A stretch of 64,000 nucleotides of DNA from Mustelus asterias. Its lineage: Eukaryota. The DNA is taken from contig NC_135802.1 in the NCBI RefSeq assembly GCF_964213995.1, positions 90,520,001 through 90,584,000 on the forward strand. The letters run 5' to 3'. A model generated the notes under the pieces. That model ran no database searches. It was not told the DNA's origin and saw nothing but the letters and a program-made list of their open reading frames with translations. Numbering within the stretch: the stretch's first letter is position 1; each line of letters begins with the position of its first letter. Shown here piece by piece: positions 52,701-64,000 of this stretch. The position numbers and the translations under genes were made by a program.

Positions 52701-52850
52701 AGATCTGATCTGTTGGCCATGGGATTGCTTAGATCTGTTACATGCTGCTTATGCTATTTGTAATGCAAGTAACCCTGGGTTGCAGATTCACCTCACTTTT
52801 AGGTCTACCCGGTAGTGCTCCTGGCATGCCCTTCTGCACTCCTTTATTGA
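49703..52850 (-). mobile_element. CR1-group LINE (family of 29780) with nested insertions
   Basis: Colinear with 29780-31445; interrupted at 49995-51006 and by a + strand CR1 tail at 51485-51755. Confidence 0.85.
49995..51006. mobile_element. hAT-type non-autonomous element carrying a CR1 3' end (50208-50715, -)
   Basis: Imperfect TIR cagtactaggcaacct / aggttgcccacctg; 8-bp TSD gcatggga/acatggaa. Confidence 0.7.
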
Positions 52851-53475
52851 ACTATTGCATCCAATCTATTTGCAGGGGAAAATACCTGAGGAAAAGTATC
52901 TGAAAATCAGAGTAATGGAAAAATAAATTTGCTGATGAAGCAATGGTTCTGAGAAAGTAGGCAGGGGAAAACTGGAGAAAATATGCTTGACATTGAGATG
53001 GTCTGATGAAAATGAGGGCTAGTGAGATAGTAGATGAAGACAGGATGGGTTTTCTTACTGCTGTGAGGTACAGAGAGATGAACACAATGATACTGAAATG
53101 GCCAGAAATGAAGGAAGCACTTGGTGAAGGAAGAGCCTTAAGCCCAGACAATAGGAGCAGATCTCAAAAGACAGGGAGATGCAAATGCCTTATGATATTT
53201 TAAATAAAGGTTGGGCCGGTAACGAGGTATTTGCACCTACCTATCATTTGAGATCTGTCCCCATTGTTTTGGTGTAGAATGTGGAGTCATCTAAGCTCAC
53301 CAGGATAGAAAGGAAGAAACTGAGAAATAGGGATGGCACCTTTGAAGAATGAAGAAAGAAAATAATCAAAAATTAAGTCTGTTATTTTGTAATAGACATT
53401 TATATAAGCACATTTTCCACAACAGATAAAAATCCAACAAGAAAGGGAAAAGCAGATTTGGAACAAAGCATTTAC

Positions 53476-53569
53476 CTGATGGTTTCAGATGAATCAATTC
53501 CAGTGAAATATTGGGAATATTTTCTTCAGCCCCATTGAGTCATGTTTCTGCTTTTACAAGTGCAAAATA
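53476..53569 (-). pseudogene. ABCA pseudo-exon, eroded Walker A of NBD1
   Basis: ttgttcag|...tcag|gtaaat; YFALVKAET*LNGAEENIPNISLELIHLKPS(G) vs CFG+LG.NGAGKT+.IN++TGL..PTSG. Confidence 0.55.
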
Positions 53570-53859
53570 CTGAACAATTTATGAAAGCAAAAGAAACAAT
53601 TAAAGATTGGAAATTGTTTTTGACATTGAACTTAAAGCTTGAGGCATTATCTATCAGTAATTTAGAGAGTGCCATTTAGGGTTCACATATTATCCTTTGG
53701 ACAAATATTACAGATGTTGATTCTGAGTACTAAACCTCTTATGATTGTCTCAACATCACATGTTCAGAATGAAACAACATAAAACCATTGAATCTTTTAT
53801 GAAGGAAACGTGTGCGGTGTTATGTATGAGATGGCATTTACAATGACTTAAAATCATAG

Positions 53860-55990
53860 CTAAAGCCTAGAAACAGGCCATTTGGCCAAGCAAGTTTATG
53901 ATCCACCCAAGTATCTTCTCACACCATTTCATCTAACCTTATCAGTGTAAGTTTATATTCTTTTCTCTCTCTTGTTTATCTCTATTCCCTTAAATTAATT
54001 TATGTTAGTCGTCACATTTGCTTCTTGTGGTAGAGTTTCACATTCAAACCATTTTCTAAATAAGGAAGTTTCTCTTGAATTCTCTTTTGGCTTTATTAGT
54101 GACTATCTTATGTTTTTATATTTACTTTAGTACTGCCTATAGGTGGAAATATCTTCTGTATGTCGACCCTATCAAAAATCCTTTCATAATCTTTCAGGTC
54201 ATTCATCAACCTTCTCAACCAAAAATTACACTATCAGCCTCCTCCAAATCATCAACAAGTGATAGGAGTATTAATTGTGCCAACTACATATGAGTATACA
54301 AACCAGGAACATGAGTAGGCCACTCGGCCCCTGCAACCTGCCCCACCATTCAACCACATTATAGTTGATCAGATTGTAACTACCTGCCTACCTCCAATAA
54401 CATTTCATCCCCTTGTTAATCAAGAATATATCTACCTCTTCCTTAAAAATATTCAAAGACCCGGCTTTCACTGACTTTTGGGGAAGAGATCTCCAAAGAC
54501 TTGCAACCCTCAGAAAAAAATTCTCCTCATCACTGTCTCAAATGTGTGACCCCCTTATTTTTAAACAGTGACATCCTAGTTCTAGATTCTCCCACAACAG
54601 GAAACATCCTTTCCACATCCACCTTGTCAAGAACCCTCAGGACCTTACAGGCTTCAATCAAATTGCTTCTTACTCTTCTAAACTCCAGTTGATACAACCC
54701 TGGTCTGTCCAACCTCTCCTCATAAGACAACCCATCCATTAGGAGTAGTTAAACCTGAACTGCTTCTAACATATTTACATCTTTCCTTAAATAAGGAAAT
54801 CAATAATGTACACAGTACCCCAGATGTGGGCTCACCAGTGCCTTTTACAACTGAAGAATAAGCTTCCCACATTTGAATTCAATTCTCCTCGCAATAAACA
54901 ATGACATTCTATTAGCTTTCCTAATTACTCGCTGTACCTGCATACTAGCCTTTTGTGATGTATACACTGGGACTGTCAGATTCTTCGCATAGGTACGCGA
55001 TTTCTCACTATTTAGATAATATGTTTCTTTTTAATTCTTCCTGCCAAAATGGACAATTTCACATTTGCCCCTACCTATCTTTGTGTCATCAGCAAATTTA
55101 GCATCATACCTTCGAACCCTTCATCCAAGTCACTTATATAAAATTTAAAAATTTGAGGCCCAGTACTGATCTCTGTGGCACGCCGCTCCTGCCAACCAGA
55201 ACATGACCGAGTGTTTCCTGTTAACTAGCCAATCTTCTACCCACGCCAATATGTTATGCCTTACACCATGAGCTTTTGTCTTCCACATTAACCTTTGGTG
55301 TTGCACCTTATCAAAAACTTTCTGGAAATCTAAGTACTGTACATCCACTGGTTCCCCTTTATCCACAGCATGTGACTCCTTCAAAGAGTTCTAATAAATT
55401 GGTTAAACATAATATCCCTTTCACAAAACCATGTTGAATCTGCCTGATTGCCTTGAATGTTTATAAGTGCCCTACCATAACATCTTTAATAATATTTTCC
55501 CTATGACAGATGTTAGGTTAGCTGGCTTGTAGTTTCCTGCTTTCTGTTTCTTCCTTTTTTAATAAAGGAGTTAAATTTGTCATTTCCAATCAAATGGAAC
55601 ATTGCCAGATCTAGGACGTTTTGGAAAATTAAAATCAACACATCAACTATCTCACTAGCCACTTCTTTTAAGACTCGAGGATGAATTCCATCAAAGCCCA
55701 GTGCTTTGTAAGCCCAGAACTCCAACAATTTGCTCACCATCACTTCTCAGGTAACAGTAATTTTCCTGAGTTCATCCTTCCCTTCAATTTCCTGATTTAT
55801 AGTTATTTTTGGGACTTGTTTCCTCTATAGCGAAGACCAATGCAAATTATCTCTTCAATTTATCTGCCATCTCCTTATTTTCCATTTTTAATTCCTCAGA
55901 CTTACTCTCTATCAGACCAATGCTCACTTTGTTAAATCTTTTCTTACTTAAATATCAGTAGAAACTTTTACTGTCTTTATATTTCTGAAG
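53860..55990 (-). mobile_element. Old CR1 fragments
   Basis: YLDFQKVFDKV, GFDGIHPRVLKE (ORFs 55145, 55513). Confidence 0.85.
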
Positions 55991-57349
55991 ACTAGAGATA
56001 CCCACTCATTAACAACCTGCTTACTGACACAAAAGCAAGACACTGAAGATGAACAAAAGAAATAGGATCAGGAGTAGGCCATCTATCCCCTCACATCAGC
56101 TCTGCCATTCTATAAAATCATAACTGTTCAGGTTATGGCGTTAACTCCATCTCCCTATCTACCCCGAGAACCCCAAATTCCCCAAAAGAGCAAAAATCTG
56201 TCTAACAAGATGCTGGAAATTGGAAATAAAAACAGAAAATTCTGGAAATACTCAGCAGGTCAAGCAGCATCTGTGAAAAGAGAAAAACAGAGTTAAGTTT
56301 TCAGGTTGATGACTTTGTTTCTCTCCACAGCTGCTGTCCGACCTGCTGAGTATTTCCCACACATTATTTTTATACCTGCACACTGGTGTTCAATTCAATC
56401 TGCCAAAAACAATCGGCTTCAGACCTCATTCCAGTTCTGATCTAGATATAGACATAGTAACTGAATGCTAGAGGCATGAGACTGTACATTGATGATTCCA
56501 CAATTTGACCGATAATAAAACAACCTCCAATTGACCTCAGACTACATGGAGACTTTGGCTGACGTGTGACAAGTAACATTCAGGTTACACAAGTGTCAGG
56601 GTATAATCATTGCCAACAAAAGAAAATCCAACCACTTCCCCGACTCTCCAGTGTTGTGGGGAAATTTGAAGGTGGCCAATTGTGTCTTAACTTAGACAAT
56701 TCAAAACTCACAAGGCAGGTATCTCTGTGCAAAGACGTAACAAATTTATTTTACATAAAACAAACAAACAAATATACAGTAAACCGGAAACTCTCAAAGG
56801 GTTAAGTAGTTCTGGGAATAGAGTGACAAAACCATTTCGAAAGATCTGACGTACAGTCAAATACAGATTAATTATAGCTGTTTCTAATCAATAATTCTGC
56901 CTTTCATTAGCTGAAAATCTATTTCATTTAGTAGTCAAACATCAATACAAATTTTTGTCAAGTATTTCAGCCAACCATATGATACTTAATAGCATGGTGA
57001 TATTTTATTCATCCAATAAGTCCGGATGTTGCCTCCCTTTTTGACTCTAATTATTTCCCTGTTGCCTGGTAATGGCAGACGCTACCATAAAGTCAAAGTG
57101 AACATTTCCACTGACTCACTGCCAAGTTGAATAGACATGTTCCTGCGTCCAGGGGCATATCTATCCTTGAGTCTGGGCAGTGAATGCATCTATTCATTTA
57201 TGTTGCAAAGTATGTTACCTCATAGTAACCCTCCCGATGTGACTACTGCTGATTACTCGGTTCCCAAACTTCTGGATTTAAATTATTGACAGTTACTATC
57301 ATGCTTTTCAGTAACTTTGCTTGGCTAAAGTGAGCAATACATTTAAAAT

Positions 57350-57620
57350 TTCAGCATATAAGTTTTTAAATCATAACTACTTGCTTTGATACTCTTATTA
57401 CATTCACATGTGTAAACCGTTCGTGTTAACTTGTCTAATAATCATTTAACTCTTTATTGATCCCTTGTTCTCTTAAAGACTGCATTCTGCCTATCAATCT
57501 TATTAGCTGGTTCGGAATCCCCTTCTTCACCAGGAACATCATTGCCAAATACCTCACTATCAGCCATATTAATATTGTGGCTACAAGCTCAGGTACTTTG
57601 TGATAAGTGATTCCTGACAT
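57350..57620 (-). pseudogene. ABCA pseudo-exon, linker before NBD1
   Basis: Acceptor ctttcag; NDVPGEE...LLDKLTRTVY...KASSYDL resembles DV..E...I+DNL.KVY...K.AV.DL; three stops; 3' end approximate. Confidence 0.5.
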
Positions 57621-58778
57621 CTGAAAGCAACTCTACCACCTTCAAGTCTGGAATGTGATGGATTCATCCAGTCACAACTACAAAATGCTCAGGAAGATCA
57701 ACTGCACCAAGGTCAGAGCAATTTGCTCGATCGAGGCTCCAGTCACTCCCACTGGATTCAACATCCACATAGAAAGAGAAGTTGTGTGGGGAGGAAGGAA
57801 GACATGAGGGGATGGAGTAAAGAACAAGAAAATGAGGTTGGCGGGGGTGGGGGGGGATCTAGCAGGAAGGGAGTGGTGAAGTGCAAAGAAGTTGGGGGCT
57901 TGATGGAAAAGAAGGAAAGGTGGGATCCAGGGAGGAAATAAATAGGGGAAGAATGGAGAGGCTTTGGAAGGAAGTAGGTGGGAAGGGAATGTGAAAGGAA
58001 GCAAGCTGCAGCGGCCTAAGCAACATTTTCTTTGAATCTACCACTGAGAAAGAAAAATATATCATTCTCAGCAGATCCTTTTCATATCATACCACCAAAC
58101 AACTGAAAGGAAAACAGGAAAAAGGGAGAGATTAAAAAACAACAGCTGAGAAAAGCAAAACGAGGAAGAAGGAGAAATAGTAAGTTAAATAAGGGACAGG
58201 TGAGCATACTCCACATTACTGAGTAATACCACAGGAATTCCGTTCACACAGTTACCTATTCTGCATTAAATATTGTTTAACTCACAGAGCAGACCTTTTA
58301 AAGCTGTCACGTATCTGAAAGTGTCACATCTCAGGTGATTAGCTGAAATATAGAAATCGCTGTTTGTTTAGTGCTAAATGAAATGTAGCTCGATAAATTC
58401 TGATAAGAATGAGTAAACAGAAGGCTGAGCAATTAACATAAAGAAGGTAGATTTTTGTAAGTTAACACATGGAAGGCATAATCGCGAGTGGCTATTGATT
58501 CTGAATCAATCCTGCCATTCATGGAGCAATTACATAAATAATTGAAAAATATTAAAGCAGAAGGGAATGAACAGTAAAATGGGATGAGCATTTATCTCTG
58601 ATGTGGAATTTACTTCGGCACAGGAATGATGGGCTAACTAGCCTCTTCCTGGGCTGAAATTTGTATAATTCCCTGGCAAGTTGCTGACAGCTTGGGAAAT
58701 ATCTCCACTGACTGTTAAAGTCAGAATGGTTAATTAAAACATTAGTTAATGACCTATTAGAATATTTTAATTACTTAC

Positions 58779-58849
58779 CTGACAACTCCAGTGGGGCTCC
58801 TTATTGCAAATCCAGAAGACAAACAGGGTGATGTTGGGGGGCAGGGATC
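58779..58849 (-). pseudogene. ABCA pseudo-exon, end of TMD1
   Basis: 71 nt, tttatcag|...cag|gtaagt; one frame reads SLPPNITLFVFWICNKEPHWSCQ. Assignment mainly positional. Confidence 0.45.
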
Positions 58850-59726
58850 CTGATAAACATCACTTTTAGGGATTTAATTCCCACATCACCACTTCAGCCC
58901 ACAACCACCCCTAACCCCGCCAAGCCCCACATTGGCTGGTACCATTGTTACCATTTCTTCCAGTATCAGAAGGGAAAGTAACCAGAAGATAAAGACTTAA
59001 TCTATTTGGCAAAAGAACTATGGGGAACAAGGAAAACATTTTTATGCAGCAAGTTTTTATGATGTGTAATGGATTTGTCTGAAAGAGCGATAGAAGCAAA
59101 TTCTATTCAATAGAAAACTTCAAAAGGGAATGACATATATACTCAGAGGGAAAGATTTGCAGAGGGAAATTGCAAGGATGTGGAACTAATTGGGTGACTC
59201 TCCAAGATGAAGTTGGAGAGGCTGGACCAATTCTGCAGTCAATGGTAGGAAATTTTCCAGCAAAGATAGACTTCGGAGGAGTAAGTGGTCGTTCAGCTTG
59301 GAGTTCTGCTTCTTGGTGCTTCAGCAGTTGGTTGTTAAACAACAGATTGAGGATTTCTCAGTTCTCAAATATAGAGATTTCAAAATGGTCACTCCAGTCA
59401 TGTGACCTTCTTTCTCCACATTTATTTCAAAAGGGATGGTTATCCATCGTCTGGAACTAGCTGTGATTTCAGATCTGATGATGTCCCAGACATGAACTTT
59501 TGCAAGAGTTAGCATTCATACTGAGGGTCATATCATGGTCTAGGCAGACCATCTGATTCCGCTAGACAGGTACGCTTACCAAGATGCAAATAATGTCCAT
59601 TATTTGCTCAATGGTACCCTTTTGAAATGGAACTGGTCAGTCCCAGGTGTGAGATGGATCTGTTAACAGCTCAGTGGGAATAATGATTTTTGATCAGCAT
59701 CCACTGGTTTTGTGATTCCACTGTCA

Positions 59727-60228
59727 AAGAACAAAGAAGAACAAAGAAAATTACAGCACAGGAATAGGCCCTTCGGCCCTCCAAGCCTGCACCGACCATG
59801 CTGGCCGTCTTAACTAAAACCCCCTACGCTTCCGGGGACCATATCCCTCTATTCCCATCTCATTCATGTACTTGTCAAGACACCCCTTAAAAGTCACTAC
59901 CGTATCCACTTCCACTACCTCCCCCGGCAACGAGTTCCAGGCACCCACCACTCTCTGTGTAGAAAATCTGCCTCGTACATCTCTTTTAAAACTTGCCCCA
60001 CGCACCTTAAAGCTATGCCCCTTAGTAATTGACTCTTCGACCCTGGCAAAAAGCTTCTGACTATCCACTCTGTCCACGCCTCTCATAATCTTGTAGACTT
60101 CTATCAGGTCTCCCCTCAACCTCCGTCACTCCAGTGAGAACAAACCAAGTTTCTCCAACCTCTCCCCATAGCTAATGCCCTCCATACCAGGCAACATCCT
60201 GTAAATCTTTTCTGTACCCTCTCCAAAG
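59727..60228 (-). mobile_element. Young CR1 3' end
   Basis: Near-identical to 20527-21020. Confidence 0.93.
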
Positions 60229-60809
60229 CAATTGTCCTTACAATTGGGTGAGAGATTTCATGATGAGAGGAGCATTATTTTGTTCTTGCAACTCCTGTTG
60301 TTAGCTTCCAGAACAAAAGGCCAATGCTGTGGTTACATGACTTGTAGCAGGCATCTTTTCTCATTCAGCAGAAAGTCCATTTTAAAAAGAGCAAAAATGA
60401 AAAGTCTTTCTTTTTATGTCATATTGACCTAACATTAACAGACCAACATTACTGTTGGGAGGGCAGTAGGAAATTGGGAGCATGTTTTAATGAGAGTGGC
60501 CTGTTATTTATCCATGATATACTCAATCTATTATTTTGTAATTCCAAACCTGTGGGCTGGCAAAGTTTGTTCATTATTGTTACAGATAACATGCATAATT
60601 TAGTTGCTTTTTCAGTACAAAAATTCTTTTAGTAACATTAGTGTAGAACTGCACACATTGGAGGCTTTACTTCTATGCATAACTATGTGCTCTGTGCCAC
60701 AGTTAAGGCACACATTTTGCATTGCTACAAAGCAAAATAGGGCATTAGAACAAATAAACCCACAGATGAAGATTTTCAGGCCTAATTTTCCTGTGTAGCT
60801 TACCTATTT

Positions 60810-61088
60810 AAAGTTTATTTATTAGTCACAGGTAAGGCTTACATTAACACTTCAATTAAGTTACTGCAAAATTCCCCTAGTTGCCACAGTCCGGCGCCTG
60901 TTCGGGTCAATGCACCTAACCAGCACGTCTTTCATTCTGTGGGAGGAAACCGGAGCACCCAGAGGAAACCCATGCAGACACAGGGAGAACATGCAAACTC
61001 CACACAGACAGTGACCCAAGCCGGGAATCGAACCTGGAGCTCTGGCGCTGTGAGGCAGCAGTGCTAACCACGGTGCCACCGTGCCACC
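60810..61088 (-). mobile_element. HE1-headed SINE with alternative tail
   Basis: As 11470. Confidence 0.88.
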
Positions 61089-61271
61089 CCAGGCATACCT
61101 GCTGCTGAAACCCTGTCATTGTTACCTCTGGACTTGACTATTCTAATACTCTCCTGGATAGCCTCCTCCCTTCCAAAAACTTCAGCTGATCCCAAATTCT
61201 GCTGCTCGTAACCTAACTTGTACCAAGGCGCATTCTCTCATCACCCCTGTGCTCACCAGCTTAAACTAGCT

Positions 61272-61900
61272 GGAGAGAAAATGCTGGAAAGTCTCAGCAG
61301 GTCTGGCAGCATCTGTAAGGAGAGAAAAGAGTTGATGTTTCGAGTCCAGGTGACCCTTTGTCAAAGCTAGAAAGTGGGAGATATTTATACTGTCGGGTGA
61401 GGGAATGAAAGATGAGTCATAGCCACAGAAACAAGGGGAAAGGCTGCTAATGGCAGTCCATAGAGAGAATAAAAGGTGTAAGTGGCCAAACGGCAGAGAA
61501 GCTGAAATCAGGGGGTAAGTTGTGACAGATGAAGATGTGGGGGGGAGGGAGGGGAATGGGTGGGAGAGAGGTAAAATTGAGAAAAAGGGGAAAGGGGAAG
61601 CAAATGGGAGAAAAGGTAAGGAAAGGGGGGATAAAATAGGGGGAAAGGGGGAAGAAAAATAAAGAAAGACACAGAAATAAAAGGTAGAGAACAGTTTAAA
61701 AATTAAACAAAATAAAAAAGGGTTGAGGTGGCGGAATATCTTCCACTTTCTATGCCTTTTAGCTTTGACATAAGGTCATCTGGACTCGAAACGCCAGCTC
61801 TTCTCTCTCCTTACAGATGCTGCCAGACCTGCTGAGATTTTCCAGCATTTTCTCTTTTGGTTTCAGATTCCAGCATCCGCAATAATTTACTTTTATCTTG
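61272..61900. mobile_element. Penelope-like insertion with inverted termini, inside an L2 fragment
   Basis: 61275-61385 is the inverse of 61735-61855; flanking 8-bp duplication aactagct at 61264 and 61901. Confidence 0.8.
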
Positions 61901-62121
61901 AACTAGCTCCTGGTCAGGTAGCACCTTGATTTTAACATTCTCATCTATGAGAAAAATCAAGTGAGTACAACTTGTAGAATATAGTCATAAAATATTTTGT
62001 CAAAATTTGTTGAAATAGGTGCAAACCCTCTCTTGAATTTCAATTCTCCCTCGGCCTCATCTCTCCCAATGGTTGTTTATCTCCAAGCTCACCAACTATG
62101 AATCTGGTTCATGTTACATAC

Positions 62122-62570
62122 AGCTAAACAAAAGCAGGAGCAAATGCAGCACATTTCACTAGATTACAGAATCTGTTGCAAAATTACAGCCCAGAATCGT
62201 GTAGCCTTCCCTGCAATAATAACTAGTGCTAGTAATGAAACACCTTTATGTAAGAAAGACAATCTCTGCTTTTCTGTCTGTTCCTCTTTGACTAACACTA
62301 TAGCAAAAAAAGAATTGGGGAACCAGGAAAAGATTACCATATTTATTGCAATGTTATCTGGGCTGTGATTTAGAAGATGTCAATAGTGGAATATTCCAGT
62401 AGATACTTTAATACAGTAATAATCCAAAATAGTATACCAAACTGAATAGACAAGACTGCCTTGAATATTACACCAGGAACTTCAACACATTTATTTTGAT
62501 TTGAACTAGTTCTGCTATTAGTTATAAAATGAGACGTAAAGATTAAACAAACTTCACTAAGCATGCCAAT
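62122..62570 (-). pseudogene. ABCA pseudo-exon, TMD1 helices
   Basis: Acceptor cttttag at 62571, donor gtatgt at 62121; MVIFSWFPNSFFAIVLVKEEQTEKQRLSFLHKGV...RFW resembles the ABCA F..LV.EK+.RL...G....YW segment; frameshift and stops present. Confidence 0.5.
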
Positions 62571-64000
62571 CTAAAAGGTTTCACTTCTATGTTGTGAAGA
62601 TTTTCTGCAGGAGTGCTCCAGGCATTATGTGGCGTAACCTAATCCTGTTGACAGGGTCAGCTAAGTAAGATTTATAAAGCTTTTTAAAGTGCTGCATGTT
62701 TACACAGTCCTTAAGTCAGGATAGTGGTCATTAATTGTATTGGCAGTTGTAGAGCTCTCTTAGAATCAATATGACTTTATAAGTGTTTTAAAAAGTCTTA
62801 GCGTTAATGCTGAGAACACCTTTGATATTATAATGTCGTAGTAATGAGAGGCAGCATAAGACAGAAACTATTTATCTTAAATGAATATGGAATACTATTT
62901 ACTGCATGCAAAATATGCAACAGACACAGGTTTGTGAATTATTAATATATGCATGAGATAGCAGTGATCTATTAGTATTGTTATTTAAACGATATTTACA
63001 CGTTAATTCTCATAACCAGCACTTAATTCATCACAATTGCATTAAGTTTTTTTTATAACACGAGATAATCCCTAAATTTTCCCATCACAATTACATTAAA
63101 TTTAATTTCCATACAAAGAGATAATCCCCAAATTTTCCACAACACTCCTTGTTTTAAGAAAGCACCTGTTTATGATACAGCGCCGCATACATTCATAATC
63201 CTCCGGTATCTCACTTAAGTGATCACTCAAGAGCCTAGATGATGCACAGATTATCTGACCATCATTTTGTTAGGTAGGGTGGCTAATGGTATAGAGTATT
63301 TAATTTGAATGTAAATACCTTGAAATAGTCCATATAAAAAGTTCTCTCATTGGTTGATCTTCCGGATGATAACTAGCATTAAGGAATAATTTGAAGTGCA
63401 TATTTTCTGAATAAAATGAAGGAAATATTTATTTTTAAAAACTTAACTTTTGTCCAGGATTTCTACTATAGCTGCTCCAAGGGTTAATGTACAAATGCAA
63501 CAATTTCAGGATGGGAATTGCTTCTTAAAGTATTTTAAATATGCTTATTTAACTTTAGATCATAAAGATTGAGTTACAAAAATGCAAAGAGATAAAGCAT
63601 CGAAAGTGCAGAAAATTTTGTGTTCTGTGTAGAACTGGTAATTCTCTTGGCTCTGTCTCTAAGCCCTCTTAAGCTCCTGATAACACCAGCTGGAATGTTC
63701 ACTCTCTCTGGACAGCTGGGAGGAGTGCAGGGGCCAGTCACAAATTAAATTAAGAGGTGTAAAATGCTGTGGGAAGAAAAACAATCCATGATAGGGATAA
63801 CAGGTGTCACCCGCCACTCTGTCTGATTATCCACTGTGCCGCTTTGGGGGGAAAGAAAGTCACCAAAATTTGCTGAGTGGGTTTGGAAAACAGTTGTTTG
63901 CAAAGTTCAGCTTTAAAGGACCAACAGCCATTTTGCTGGCCTGTAGATGATCGAAATAGTCTTGCATAGTCATCCCAAGATGATCTCCAAAGAACAGTTT

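Larger units (their letters stand above)
4580..62570 (-). pseudogene. Decayed multi-exon ABCA-family transporter pseudogene (5' part probably beyond window end)
   Basis: Colinear series of minus-strand AG/GT-bounded unique segments whose translations give eroded ABCA motifs in the correct order (see individual exons); many in-frame stops and frameshifts. Manual comparison only. Confidence 0.72.

Noticed and set aside
49338-53569. In-frame TGA codons as selenocysteine or recoded Trp
   Set aside because: The same gene also has TAA/TAG stops and frameshifts; TGA is the expected product of CGA/TGG decay.
56655-57356. Possible second solo LTR
   Set aside because: TG/CA-like ends but no matching TSD found.
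63001-63140. Degenerate duplication of about 55 bp
   Set aside because: Short AT-rich local duplication with no further structure.

Overview
Eukaryotic, repeat-dense DNA, almost certainly from a cartilaginous fish (shark/ray), judged from HE1-type SINEs, abundant CR1 LINEs, a DeuSINE, Penelope termini, Rex1 tails and Harbinger/hAT MITEs. There is no intact host gene, RNA gene or CRISPR array, and most ORFs in the track are transposon-derived. The main result is that the islands of unique sequence between the repeats, read on the minus strand from about 62.6 kb down to about 4.6 kb, form at least 17 splice-site-bounded, stop- and frameshift-riddled pseudo-exons. In order, they give eroded motifs of a full-size ABCA transporter: TMD1, NBD1, R1, ECD2/TMD2, NBD2 (including a literal LSGG) and R2. 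By eye they are closer to plant/amoebozoan/invertebrate-type ABCA than to mammalian ABCA1-13. This is my manual alignment from remembered consensus, not a database result. Other notable items are a 150-bp-arm Penelope palindrome with hammerhead cores, a 24-bp minisatellite born from L2 ORF2 codons, tail-swapped SINEs, a solo LTR and several nested insertions with TSDs. Coordinates of old repeats and some exon ends are approximate.
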